64,000 bases of DNA from an uncultured virus (IMG/VR IMGVR_UViG_3300033067_002319) (IMGVR_UViG_3300033067_002319); one strand, 5' to 3'; positions 47,392 to 57,964 are shown, counted from the first letter of the stretch. Notes: generated by a model from the letters alone, not told the origin. Translations and numbers: made by a program.

Positions 47392-48627
47392 ATGGCGACA
47401 ACCTCTGAAGTCCTTCGAGCTGCTCTGACGCGCTTGGCGAATGACCGTCGCCGTACGATCACCCACTACGCGAACGTCGCGCCACGTCCCGGCAATAATT
47501 CGGTCCCCACACGGCTACTGAGCGACGTGGGTTTTCTCTCGGGCACGCAGTTCACATATGTGAACGCGCATCTCGCGCACGTGACGCCGCCGGAGGACCA
47601 GGACATTGCGCGGACCGTGACCCAGCTGGTGATCGTGCCGTACGGAACTGGGCTGGACGCAACTCGTTTGAACTCCACGCGGGCGGTCGACCGGCTTGTG
47701 CGTACGCGACGCGGCGTTGAGCAGACTGGTGTCGCCCCCCTGGTGGACACGCCAGAGGTCCTGGTGTCGGCTGAGCTCGACGAAGGTACGGTTTCGAAGC
47801 AGAAGACTCGGCAGGTCTTGCAAGGTATGACACAGCGGCGTCCGGGACCCGCGTATCACGTCCTCGTGGATCGTGCCGGCAATGTGACGATCGGGCCCTC
47901 CCTCGATGTTCGCACCAACGTGGTCCAAGCCCGTATGGAGACGGCTGTGTTTATTGGCGTCGAGGGGGCGTTGGGCGTCCTGCGGAGTGCTCACGAGGGT
48001 CACACACCCAACGCGCTCTTCGAACTGCCCCTGACGCCTGTGCAGCTGGTGTCGTTGTCGATCGTCTTGGCCAAACTGGCGCCAGTATACCCGACCATTC
48101 CCCAGAAGATCGATAACACCGCGTACGTGTACGTAGCGCCGGCGGAGTCTCCGCGACTCAACTTCAGTAATGGAGCCTGGAAGGGTCTCAACAACGGTTC
48201 CCCGTTCGATTACGGCGTAACCGATGACGAAGAGCTGTTCGCTCTCGTGGCGGAGCAAGGGACCTTCGACTTCGCCACGGACATTTACCGTCCACCCACG
48301 TCCCCGCGTCCAGTCGCGGCTCGGGCGGAAGTACAAGCCACCATCGGGACGACAGACACCGCTGGCGCGCAGTCCCTTTACCTCGGGGCGTACGTGGACC
48401 TGGCGGCCCCGGAGCGCGCCTTCGACATTGAAGCACAAACGAGGCGTCAGCTCTTTGTGCAACGCATTCGCGTCGCACACACAGAGGCCGACGACGCAGG
48501 CAGCACAGCGTCAGACGTGGAGACGGGAACGGGATCGGTCACGCCGATCAAACCGACCGTCATCAACGCAGGGCCGCACGTCTACAATTACAAGACGGGT
48601 CGCTGGGGCGACGGCGGAACTTACTGA
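47392..48627 (+). CDS. Amidase_2-like fold protein, apparently degenerate
   Basis: AYHVLVDRAG, FIGVEG, LTPVQLVSL. Confidence 0.55.
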   Translation: MATTSEVLRAALTRLANDRRRTITHYANVAPRPGNNSVPTRLLSDVGFLSGTQFTYVNAHLAHVTPPEDQDIARTVTQLVIVPYGTGLDATRLNSTRAVDRLVRTRRGVEQTGVAPLVDTPEVLVSAELDEGTVSKQKTRQVLQGMTQRRPGPAYHVLVDRAGNVTIGPSLDVRTNVVQARMETAVFIGVEGALGVLRSAHEGHTPNALFELPLTPVQLVSLSIVLAKLAPVYPTIPQKIDNTAYVYVAPAESPRLNFSNGAWKGLNNGSPFDYGVTDDEELFALVAEQGTFDFATDIYRPPTSPRPVAARAEVQATIGTTDTAGAQSLYLGAYVDLAAPERAFDIEAQTRRQLFVQRIRVAHTEADDAGSTASDVETGTGSVTPIKPTVINAGPHVYNYKTGRWGDGGTY

Positions 48628-49070
48628 TGGCATTTGACCTTCACATCCAACTGATCGACCCGACAGAACAACGCGCCAGTTCCACGTTTACGTGGGCGGG
48701 GCCGTTGCCCATTCTCGTCGACGGGCTCCAGAAGGTCGCGAACAAGTGGATCAAGATCTTCTTGACGCGCAAGGGCTCACACCCGATTCGCCGACAAGAG
48801 GGTACCGACTTCGCGTATCTCTTGGGCGGAAATGTCGACGATCCTGATATCGTTCAAACGTCCATCATCCAGTACATGGATGACGCCACGAATCAGGTGA
48901 AGACGATTCAAGCCAAACAGGTACAATTGCCCGACAACGAACGTTTGGCCGCAGTGAACCTGCTGCGGTTCGTACAGGCATCTGACCTCACGCTCGACGT
49001 TTGGGTTCAGGTGACGAATGTGGCACGTCAAACGTTGAATGTGCTCATCCCTTACGCTCGGAGCGCCTGA
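48627..49070 (+). CDS. baseplate wedge protein (gp25-like)
   Basis: LQKVAN-W-KIFLT-KGS-P----GT-F; precedes baseplate J-like gene. Confidence 0.6.
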   Translation: MAFDLHIQLIDPTEQRASSTFTWAGPLPILVDGLQKVANKWIKIFLTRKGSHPIRRQEGTDFAYLLGGNVDDPDIVQTSIIQYMDDATNQVKTIQAKQVQLPDNERLAAVNLLRFVQASDLTLDVWVQVTNVARQTLNVLIPYARSA

Positions 49071-49071
49071 G

Positions 49072-51129
49072 ATGGCTGACGATTACACGATTGATCCACA
49101 AGACGGGGCCAATGCTGCGGCATTGGTTCGCGACATCCTCGCAGTTCACAAGCCGGAGCGCGATTATTCCGAAGGCTCAGTCCTTGGGGATTCGCTCGTG
49201 GACGGTCACGCCATCATCGTCGCCTTTCTCCGTGGGGAGATCCAGAAGGTCGTGAATCGCCTATCCCTCCGAGATGCGGCGAAGCAGCCGGATCTCGAAT
49301 CGACTCGCGATGCGGTTGACGCCATCCTCTCGAACTTCTTCTTTGAACGCGAGCAAGGTACCTTCGCGAAGGGCCAGGCGACGCTGCATTTCTCGGTGCG
49401 CGCGGATTGTTTGATTGCTCGGCGCACACGGTTCTTCAGGACGCCGCAGCTCGTGTTCTACATCGACAGCACCACCGACGTGCTCATCACGGCCGATAGC
49501 CTGCGCCCAAACATTGGGCCCACAGGCGTGATCGTGGACTACGTCACGACGATCTACCTGACCGCCGCGCGTGTCGGAGCCCAGTACAATGTTGAGCCCG
49601 GCCGCTTCACAGGCGCTGATCAATTCAATTCGTACTTCACGTTCGTGGAGAACACTTCGAAGTTCGCCTTCGGGGACTCCCAGCAAACGACAGAATCGTT
49701 CATCGCGTCGTCAGAGAACGCGTTGTCTCTTCGCGCGCCGATCAACCCACGCTCGATCGACGCATTGTTGAAGAAGCAGTTCCCCCTCATCGGCACGTTG
49801 TTGACCGTGAACTACGGCGACCCAGAAATGCAACGCGATCTCGCGACAGACCCTGCGAGTGGTACCGAGCTGCACGTGGGTGGGTCCTTCGACATCTATG
49901 TGCGTCTGCAAACGCAAGAAGTTGTCGAGGCTGTGCAAATCAACAGCCTTACGGTACGTGCAGATGGTGTCGTCGCGACGCTGCGGGACGTGAACCCCCC
50001 AAGTGGCTCGTTCATCGCGGCTGGCGTCAAGCCAGGGCAAGTACTCGTGATGGTCGCAGGCATTCCGGAGGCACCCTTCGAGTACAAGATCGAAGCAGTA
50101 CGTGTCGCCGAGCTCGACATTCGGCCACGCGTGCCGTTCTCTTTGGCCACCGACGAAGTGCTGCCTACGCCGCCCGCGTTGACCTACACCATCGGCGACA
50201 ACTACCCGACGTTCGACAACAAGGTCACACGTGGTCCGACCACCGACGCCACCACATCACGGCGCTTCAAGGTCTTCAATCAGGCAACTTTGCCCGCGAA
50301 GCCGCTCTACGCGGTAAAGCAAGTCGAGATCACCAACCCGCCCGGATCGTTGGATCCCTACCGCGACCCCATCACAGGGACGGTCATCTTCACGCAGCGT
50401 GCAAACACTGCTACGTTGACGACGCCGACGCCGGGTGCGCCGCTCTCGTACCAGATCATCGGACAGAACCCCCTCTATGGACAGTCGCAGCTCGCGGTGA
50501 CGCAGATCGAGGTCGGTTGGCCTGCGATCGACCTCACAGGGTTGACGCTCGCCGTCACGTACGACTCCCTCTCTGGCTTTGATTCTGTCGCTGGTTACAT
50601 CAGCGACGACTTCAACCGGACGGGCGGCGCATTCCCGTTGGTGCGCGCCTTTCATCCCGTGTACCTCACGTTCACATTGCCCTATCGGGCACGGGTGCTG
50701 CCGCGCAATTCGCTGGACGTCTTCTCTCCTGCGTCCGCACTCACGGTGGACGAAGATGCGGTCAGCAAGGCGCTGGTGGAGAATATCAACGCAACGCCTT
50801 TCGGTGCGCGCGTTGACGTCGGTTCGCTGGGCGACACAGCTAAGGCCGCAAGCCCCGCTATCGCACTTACGTACCCTTTCACCCTGACGTACGAGTTGTC
50901 GGCGCCCAACGGCAAGGTGTACAAGTACGCCACGGATGACTTCTTGACCCTCACGCCGGACGGCAACACGACGACGGCACGCTTGACGAACCCCGGTGAC
51001 TTCGGGTTGCCTTCCACGAACTACTACGCGGCGCTGGCGCGACAGCTGCGCTTGCTTGGCGTGAGCGATCGGACCGCGAGGCCGTTGGCGCTCTTGGAAG
51101 CTGTGGCTCTTGAACGTCGAGGTGTTTGA
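49072..51129 (+). CDS. baseplate J/gp6-like protein
   Basis: NFFFER-QG-FA-G, A---GAQYNV-PG, GG--DIYV. Confidence 0.65.
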   Translation: MADDYTIDPQDGANAAALVRDILAVHKPERDYSEGSVLGDSLVDGHAIIVAFLRGEIQKVVNRLSLRDAAKQPDLESTRDAVDAILSNFFFEREQGTFAKGQATLHFSVRADCLIARRTRFFRTPQLVFYIDSTTDVLITADSLRPNIGPTGVIVDYVTTIYLTAARVGAQYNVEPGRFTGADQFNSYFTFVENTSKFAFGDSQQTTESFIASSENALSLRAPINPRSIDALLKKQFPLIGTLLTVNYGDPEMQRDLATDPASGTELHVGGSFDIYVRLQTQEVVEAVQINSLTVRADGVVATLRDVNPPSGSFIAAGVKPGQVLVMVAGIPEAPFEYKIEAVRVAELDIRPRVPFSLATDEVLPTPPALTYTIGDNYPTFDNKVTRGPTTDATTSRRFKVFNQATLPAKPLYAVKQVEITNPPGSLDPYRDPITGTVIFTQRANTATLTTPTPGAPLSYQIIGQNPLYGQSQLAVTQIEVGWPAIDLTGLTLAVTYDSLSGFDSVAGYISDDFNRTGGAFPLVRAFHPVYLTFTLPYRARVLPRNSLDVFSPASALTVDEDAVSKALVENINATPFGARVDVGSLGDTAKAASPAIALTYPFTLTYELSAPNGKVYKYATDDFLTLTPDGNTTTARLTNPGDFGLPSTNYYAALARQLRLLGVSDRTARPLALLEAVALERRGV

Positions 51130-54100
51130 CCGTGCCGCTGATCCCTGACGAAACCCGCAATTTCGTGAACGCCCTCTCGGCGTTCTGGCCTGCGTACTTC
51201 CGCGACTACGACGAGCAGACCGCCTTTTACGCCGGTGTACAGATCAACATGGGGCAGCTCTACCTGGAGTTGCTTCAAGCGGTGCTGGGCACGTCTCTCA
51301 AGGACATGCCGCTTTTCAGCCGCGAGTACTTCAAGCTGCTCACAGTGCGAAGGGACCGTCTCTATTACGTGGAAGGGCCTTCGCCTACCGACGATCGGTA
51401 TGAAGCGGACATTCCTGACGAAACGTTCATGGCGATCGAAGGTATCTCCAATCGCGTCCTTGAGCCCACTGCGGTGCTCGCACCGCGTCGGGACTTTGAT
51501 CTCGTGGCGGGTCGGGTGCGCTTCGTTCGCAACCTCTTCGATTCGAATGGGTCTGGCGCTTTTGAGCCGCTCTTCGCGATCAAGTACATCGGCGTTGTCG
51601 AACCTGCACAGTACGCCGATCCTCTCGACTTGGATTTCAGCGCGGCAGGCGCACGCATCGGGGACTTCTTGTACACCCGTATCGGGGCAGGCGTACCTAC
51701 ACAACAGCGCATCGCAAACGTCGATGGGCGCAAGCTCTTGCTAGCGAGCGCCAGCTCCGATTTCAACCAGCGCTTCGATCGACGTTCGTTCGTTGCAGCC
51801 GTAGTGCGTACGCCGTTTGATGCTCAAAAGCAGGGCGTTGCGATGCCCGCGCACCCGCGCCTTGTCGTACGATTTTCGGCGCAAGCGACGGACGCGACGC
51901 TGGTGGGAGGTACACCCACGATCGACTTCTCCGCTGAGACCTACTACAAGGGTTTCTGGGCTGCGGGAGTGCTCTATACCGAAGGTGATCTCGTCAACGT
52001 GTTCTTCGGCGCTCTCTACCGCGCCAAAGCGACGCACATCTCGCCAGGGACCTTCAGCCTCAACGAGTGGGACGCGCTTGCCGGGAACTATGTTCACGTG
52101 CACTCGCCTGATGCCGTTCAAAATGACGGACTGTACGCCGGGAGAATCAGCGGAAGCGCCGGGATCCTTCAACTTGTTCGTTCGGTTAACTTCGTTTCGG
52201 CCGGATCGAACCGCGTCGTGCTCACATTCGTGGTGTATGAAGGTACCTACCAAGCGAACGCGCAGCCGCAGCTGTTGCTCCCTCAAAACTTCATTACGCC
52301 CGGGACGTTGAGCTTTGCTGCTCGACGCGGCCATGCTCGGTACTTGCCGATGATGGGTGGCGGAGTCGAGATATTCCCCGCAGGGGAGCAAGTACTTGAG
52401 GGTGTTGATTACGCCGTCAACTACGAGAACGGCGAGATCACCATGTTGTCCGGCTGGTTGCCCAGCATGCCAGCGCGCACCAACTACGAATGGCAGCGCC
52501 TTGTAGCCCAGGCGACGTACTCGTTTCGTGGGAACTGGGTGCCGTTCACGACCTACAACCCCGGTGAGATTGTCGTCTCAGGCGGCGTGACGTACGTGTG
52601 TGACGTAGCCGCGCCCAGTGTGGGTGTGTTCCCAGGTGCACCGTACTTCATTGCGTGGCGGGAGCCGTTCACACTCGACGTGCAAGTGACGGTTCCTGTC
52701 ATGAGTTTGTGGGGCGCAAATGTGCTCCTTGACGAGCAGGCACTCTACAACAACTTCGGGTACTTGCTCGACTACCAAAAGCCTTCGAGCGAGCAGTACC
52801 GCGCCTTCTTGCGCGGCGTGTCGCAGCTCTTTTTGCTCGGACCCACGCTTGAACGTTTCGAGAGCGCGCTCAATACAATGGCCAACCTCCCGGTGGTCCG
52901 CGATGATGACGAGGTTCTTCGCGCATACGACGATGGGTACGTAGGCGGCGGCGCGGACGGTGAGCTCATCGACAGTGACGCTGGGCGTGATGGTGTGTTC
53001 GACGCGACAACCAGCCGCTTCTCAGCCGCCACTGCGAAATTTTACGCGAGTGATGTAGGGGCGCTTCTGCGCGTCGCCCAAGGTGCGCGATTCATCACGT
53101 ACACAGTTGTATCAGTGCTCTCACCTTCTCTTGTGGTGGTGTTTCCGTCGCCACCTGTCAACGAAGTCAACGTTGTGTGGTCGTTTCGTCACGTCTCGTT
53201 GATCAACCGCTTCCGGGTGACGAGCGGAAGCTACTTGTTCTCTGCCGCCGACCTCAACGGCTCAATTGTTCTGGAAGGATCCAGCGAAGCTCGCAACGTT
53301 GGTCAGTTCTCGATCATTGGCATCGAAGATCCTACGACGGTCGTGCTCGAAAGTCCTTACGGGTTCTTGGACCAGACTGGGCTCACGTGGAAGATCTCTC
53401 GCACATCCGAGCAAGTGGTCACAACATCGCGCGCGCAGTACCGGTTCCCGTTGCTCGTCAAAATGCGCCAGGATGTTGGAGACGTTACCAGCCTCAACGT
53501 CCTGACCTTCAAAGCCTTTGAAGCGCTCACGGAGGCCTTTCGCGTCGTCGACTACATCAGCGACCCTACGTGGTGGCACAACGTCGCGATCCCCGAGAAC
53601 ATCCTGGGTCTTGCCCTCGACACTCCGGGGCGGCGCCAAGTCACTCCCGAACTCGTTGAGCACGTATTCGGCGCGCTCGACACGCCCGCGTTCGGCGACT
53701 TCGGCCTGGCTTACGGCGTAGATGACGAGAGCATTCCGGGTATCGCCCGCGCCGGGCAAGCGACGTGGTATGGCGTGGATTCTGTTCAGCTCCAGTTCGC
53801 GGCGGGAGTCCCTGTAGCGCGGCTGGGAGATGTTGGTAAGTACCTCACGATCAACACGCCTGGGTTCCGGGGGTGGTTCCAGATCAAGGCGATGACGCCG
53901 GACGGTTTGGCATTGACGCTCGACCGCTTTCCACCGCCCGAGGCTGCTGGAGTTGTTCCGCCCGTGGTGCTCGACGTGACGCTGGCGCCGTTGCTCTACC
54001 GGCGCACGATCGCGTTCATCTTGATGGATCGGTTCCTCAAGTACCACGCGTTGCAGATGCGCATCGACAAAAACACGCCACTGCCGCCGGAGTTCATCGC

Positions 54101-54707
54101 GGACGTCACGCGTTTGATCACCGAAGCGCGACCCTCGCACACGTACATCTATCTCGACTCGTTGACCAGCTTCGTAGACAAGCTGCAAGTCGAAGATGAG
54201 ATGGCGCTCGACATTGGCCCGACCTTTGTCGAGCTGTTCCACTTGGTCGATAACACGCTGCGCTTCAACCCGGAATCTCCTGTACGTTTCGCCGATGCGT
54301 ACCGCTACACGCAAACTTCTACAGGCGTGTCAGGGACGCCTGGGACATATACACTGCCTGTGGTGTTGCCAGCTGGCGACGTCGAGTACTCCCTCGTCAA
54401 AGCGCAGTTCGATGTGGCGGTGACAGTGGCAGGACCGCGCCGTCCCGCTGAAGGTGTCGACTACACCGTGAACTACGTGACGGGTGAGGTGACAATCCCC
54501 GCAGGGTCCTTGATGCCTGTCGGGCCCAATATTTTGCACTACGTCTACTGCATCCGCAGGATCCGCTTGGGGGCAGATCCTCTGGAGCCTACCGAGACGC
54601 GCGCGATCTACGGGGGTGTGGATCCTACGATCTATAAGTCTCCGGGACAGCCCGCCGGGAGTTGTGGCTTTGTAGATCTGGGAGTTCAGATTACCTTTGG
54701 CTCGTGA
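51126..54707 (+). CDS. large baseplate wedge-like protein with two CBM5/12-like motifs
   Basis: KGFW-AG--Y--GDLV and RGNW-----Y-PGEIV--GG-TY; RP-HT near C-term; repeated EGVDY-VNY--GE-T. Confidence 0.6.
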   Translation: MTVPLIPDETRNFVNALSAFWPAYFRDYDEQTAFYAGVQINMGQLYLELLQAVLGTSLKDMPLFSREYFKLLTVRRDRLYYVEGPSPTDDRYEADIPDETFMAIEGISNRVLEPTAVLAPRRDFDLVAGRVRFVRNLFDSNGSGAFEPLFAIKYIGVVEPAQYADPLDLDFSAAGARIGDFLYTRIGAGVPTQQRIANVDGRKLLLASASSDFNQRFDRRSFVAAVVRTPFDAQKQGVAMPAHPRLVVRFSAQATDATLVGGTPTIDFSAETYYKGFWAAGVLYTEGDLVNVFFGALYRAKATHISPGTFSLNEWDALAGNYVHVHSPDAVQNDGLYAGRISGSAGILQLVRSVNFVSAGSNRVVLTFVVYEGTYQANAQPQLLLPQNFITPGTLSFAARRGHARYLPMMGGGVEIFPAGEQVLEGVDYAVNYENGEITMLSGWLPSMPARTNYEWQRLVAQATYSFRGNWVPFTTYNPGEIVVSGGVTYVCDVAAPSVGVFPGAPYFIAWREPFTLDVQVTVPVMSLWGANVLLDEQALYNNFGYLLDYQKPSSEQYRAFLRGVSQLFLLGPTLERFESALNTMANLPVVRDDDEVLRAYDDGYVGGGADGELIDSDAGRDGVFDATTSRFSAATAKFYASDVGALLRVAQGARFITYTVVSVLSPSLVVVFPSPPVNEVNVVWSFRHVSLINRFRVTSGSYLFSAADLNGSIVLEGSSEARNVGQFSIIGIEDPTTVVLESPYGFLDQTGLTWKISRTSEQVVTTSRAQYRFPLLVKMRQDVGDVTSLNVLTFKAFEALTEAFRVVDYISDPTWWHNVAIPENILGLALDTPGRRQVTPELVEHVFGALDTPAFGDFGLAYGVDDESIPGIARAGQATWYGVDSVQLQFAAGVPVARLGDVGKYLTINTPGFRGWFQIKAMTPDGLALTLDRFPPPEAAGVVPPVVLDVTLAPLLYRRTIAFILMDRFLKYHALQMRIDKNTPLPPEFIADVTRLITEARPSHTYIYLDSLTSFVDKLQVEDEMALDIGPTFVELFHLVDNTLRFNPESPVRFADAYRYTQTSTGVSGTPGTYTLPVVLPAGDVEYSLVKAQFDVAVTVAGPRRPAEGVDYTVNYVTGEVTIPAGSLMPVGPNILHYVYCIRRIRLGADPLEPTETRAIYGGVDPTIYKSPGQPAGSCGFVDLGVQITFGS

Positions 54708-55195
54708 AAAGGTCAGTTCGCAGTTCTTTCCCGTTGCGTGGTGATCTCCAAATCGACGTACGTCGAGCCGATGGCTCGCTTTTACGCCGTATGGGCAAAC
54801 GCAACCAGATCACCTACAACGGCGCAAACTCGGCCCTTTTCCTGTGGACCCAAGACACCGGAGTCTGGGCTGACTGGCAGTTCACCAAGCTCGTTCCTGG
54901 TACGAGCGGTGTGCCGCCCACAGCAGGAGACCCTGGTGTGGGCTCGCCCGTGAGTCTCGGCGATCAGATCATTCTCAGCTCCGCCAATCGACCGGTGAGT
55001 ACGGCGACGAGCGAAGTGATCATCACGGGCTCGCTCAGCCTCGTGCAAGCGAACGGCGTGAATCTCCGCGAGGTGGGTTTGATCCTCGGCAACGGTCAGC
55101 TCTTCGCGCGGCAGATCTATCCCGTGATCGCCAAGAACGGGTCCATCACGGTCACGTACACGTGGCGCATTTCCGTCGTCACCCCCACGAGCTAA
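54704..55195 (+). CDS. tail-collar/fibre attachment-like protein
   Basis: ANG--LREVGL-----LFAR-----I-K------YTW-I. Confidence 0.6.
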   Translation: MKRSVRSSFPLRGDLQIDVRRADGSLLRRMGKRNQITYNGANSALFLWTQDTGVWADWQFTKLVPGTSGVPPTAGDPGVGSPVSLGDQIILSSANRPVSTATSEVIITGSLSLVQANGVNLREVGLILGNGQLFARQIYPVIAKNGSITVTYTWRISVVTPTS

Positions 55196-55199
55196 AAAC

Positions 55200-57941
55200 A
55201 TGTCCAACTTTGACGAGAACATCAATTTCAAGCAAGGCTCGGACACAGGTCAAGCCAACGCTGCGTCGACCCAACCGATCGCGGTCGCGGAGCCTGTGTG
55301 GCCTGACGTGGCCAATCGACCTTTGGAGAACTTGCGAGTACGCACCGAGACCCTGCGACGCAATCTCCAGAACGTCCTGTACTACCTGGACTACAACCAC
55401 CTGGTCTTGCGTTCCGACGCGCTCTTCACGTTGACCGAGCCAACGGCCGGAAACTTCGAGTTGGCAATGAGCGGCGACGACCTGTGGGTCTACCCGGCGC
55501 TCACGCCAGGACGCCAGAGTGGCGGGCGACTGCGAGGTGGGCGCGTCTACGTGAACGGCTTGCCTTACTCGGGCGTCGCACTCGTGAACGACTTGACGCT
55601 CACGGCGACATCACAGTTCACCGGGCAGCGCGGGTACTTCGACGGCGACTCGTTCAATGTATCGACGGTGCTCACGCTCGGTGCGAACCGCCTCGAAGTG
55701 GATTTGATCGCAGATGGCGCGCTCGTAACGGGCGTCGTTCAGTTCACCGTCACGCAAAATCCTGCGACGAAGGTCACGATCCGGTACGGCACGAGCGGGG
55801 GTGCCACGTCGTTGTCCGCGCTCATGACGGCGATCAACGGCGATCTGACGTCGCAAGGCGGACTTTACGGCGTCGCGAACATCTTCCGGGCGACCTCGAC
55901 AGCGGCGTCGCCGGGCAGCGTGAGTCCCACGCCGTTCACAGGCGGCAAGGTTCAAGGCGGGTACGACGCCGAAGCACACCAGGTCACCACGTCCCAGCTG
56001 GCGGCCTTCTTCGCCGCCACCGAGAGCGGCGTACAGGTCAATCGACTCAAGGAGGGGGAAGGCTTGGCTGTCGGCTACCCCATTGGCCCTGTAGAGACCG
56101 GCGTGGCCGTGCCGAAGGGTGGCCGGCGGCAATCCATCTGGGACCTACCCACGAGCCGCGCCGGCGCCCTCACGACAAACATCACGCCCGTGTCGGGCTG
56201 GTCGATCTTCTCGACGGGGCGGGAGCCTGAGAAGATCCCCGGCGCAGTACCGATCGGCAAGATGATCAACGGGCAGTTCGTCTTCACGGATGGAACGCGG
56301 TTGGCCGTCGGACAGAGTTTGAAGTTGGGCGAGAGCACCACGACGCTGGCGAACCTGGCGTCACAGGTGTTCAGTTCGTCGGGCGCGTCCCTCGTGGGCT
56401 ACGACGGCTCAGGAGCCTGGAACAACGACGCTGCGGCGTCGTCGAACCCAAACCTTGCTCCTGGGACGTTGGACGCATCGTTGGACGCCCTCGTCGCGGA
56501 CCTCGCGCGGGAAGCCGTGTCGCAAAGCGGCGGGCGGCGCGTGGGCTTGGAGCCGATCGCGGGCTCGGCGACCACAGGGAACGTGGCTTTGTCCCTCGTC
56601 GCGGGCTCGTTGCGTGAGTCCATCGACGCCGCGATGAACACGGTTGGCAGCTCAACAACGGCGGGCGGCGTGAACGCACGCGTCTCCGAGTTCGGGCACT
56701 CGCTGCACGGGCTCAAGCCGATCGAGAAGGACCTCGCCGAGACAACGCCTGAGAACATCTCAGCCGGTGGAGGTGTGGTGCTGCGAGCGTTGACCGATCA
56801 CGGTTCAAGCGTCTTTACGGATGCGCGACCGTACGCGACCTCCGTCGAGACTTTGGAGAAGATCGCGTTCAACTTGGGCGCTGGGTCCATTCTCCTGGCG
56901 GACAGTACGGTCACGGGAGTCACCGGCGGCAATACGTTGGTGTTGTCCGGGTTCCTGGCCAACGCCGTGAACGTCAAGGCCATACTCAACGCGGCGCTCG
57001 AAAATGCGCCGGGCGGCACACCTCTCTACTTCATCAAAGCCCGCCTCACTGGGTGCAACATTTCGGCGCTCAACGGCTGGTACTGGTTGGAGAACATCGA
57101 CACCGTCGCCGGCGGCATGACCCTGGTCACGCTGGCGAACACGGTACCCAACTTCGCCGGCGTCACCACGGGCACGCTTTCGATCTATCAAGGCCCCATC
57201 ATGGGTAACCAGGGGTATGGTCAGAAGCTGGTCGGGTTCCACGCGAACGATGTGACGAGCCCGATGATCGAGCTTGCGACGGTGCAGGGCAGCGCCGGAG
57301 CGCTGATGCGTTTTTGGAACCAGGACAACATGCCGAATCCTGGGGCTATTTTCTACGGCAATGCTGCGATCTGGCGCCCGGCCGCGACGACGCCGCGAAG
57401 CACGAACAACATCCCAGGCACCGCCGACAAGGCCCTTCTTGACGGCGTTGAAACGGGTGTGGTCGTAGACGCCACCACCAACCACCACCACGGCGCGAAC
57501 TATAGCCGCACGAACTACGTCAACACTGTCGCCATCGCCGTGTCCAGCTTGGGGACCGTCGGAGCGGGTTTGGGTACCTCTGTCACGCTGCTCGGAGTTG
57601 TTCCGGCCGGGTACCGACGCCTGGGCGTGTTCGTGACCGTGCAGATCTCCTACGACTACACCACGACGCTCGGACAGAACGTCCAGCCTGTGTTCTACCT
57701 TGGAACGCCAGTGCCGGCTGCTGGTGATCTGGAGCACTCGGAGACTCACTTGAACATGGCCGCTGCGGCACCGGGTAAGATCGCGTTCCAGTTCAGTGGT
57801 TTTGTCGCCGTCGAACAGTCCGGCAGCTACGACCAGGTCTTGATCGTGCGTCAGGACGGCCCGCAACAGAACGGTACATCGAACTGGGGAGCCTCGACGA
57901 TCACCATTACGGAAGTGGCGCAGGTCCTCTACCACACGTGA
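55200..57941 (+). CDS. putative tail fibre/receptor-binding protein
   Basis: NRPLENLR-RTE-L N-terminal motif; Thr/Gly/Ser-rich; last gene of tail block. Confidence 0.6.
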   Translation: MSNFDENINFKQGSDTGQANAASTQPIAVAEPVWPDVANRPLENLRVRTETLRRNLQNVLYYLDYNHLVLRSDALFTLTEPTAGNFELAMSGDDLWVYPALTPGRQSGGRLRGGRVYVNGLPYSGVALVNDLTLTATSQFTGQRGYFDGDSFNVSTVLTLGANRLEVDLIADGALVTGVVQFTVTQNPATKVTIRYGTSGGATSLSALMTAINGDLTSQGGLYGVANIFRATSTAASPGSVSPTPFTGGKVQGGYDAEAHQVTTSQLAAFFAATESGVQVNRLKEGEGLAVGYPIGPVETGVAVPKGGRRQSIWDLPTSRAGALTTNITPVSGWSIFSTGREPEKIPGAVPIGKMINGQFVFTDGTRLAVGQSLKLGESTTTLANLASQVFSSSGASLVGYDGSGAWNNDAAASSNPNLAPGTLDASLDALVADLAREAVSQSGGRRVGLEPIAGSATTGNVALSLVAGSLRESIDAAMNTVGSSTTAGGVNARVSEFGHSLHGLKPIEKDLAETTPENISAGGGVVLRALTDHGSSVFTDARPYATSVETLEKIAFNLGAGSILLADSTVTGVTGGNTLVLSGFLANAVNVKAILNAALENAPGGTPLYFIKARLTGCNISALNGWYWLENIDTVAGGMTLVTLANTVPNFAGVTTGTLSIYQGPIMGNQGYGQKLVGFHANDVTSPMIELATVQGSAGALMRFWNQDNMPNPGAIFYGNAAIWRPAATTPRSTNNIPGTADKALLDGVETGVVVDATTNHHHGANYSRTNYVNTVAIAVSSLGTVGAGLGTSVTLLGVVPAGYRRLGVFVTVQISYDYTTTLGQNVQPVFYLGTPVPAAGDLEHSETHLNMAAAAPGKIAFQFSGFVAVEQSGSYDQVLIVRQDGPQQNGTSNWGASTITITEVAQVLYHT

Positions 57942-57964
57942 TCTGAACGGGCGCAGGGCAAAGG

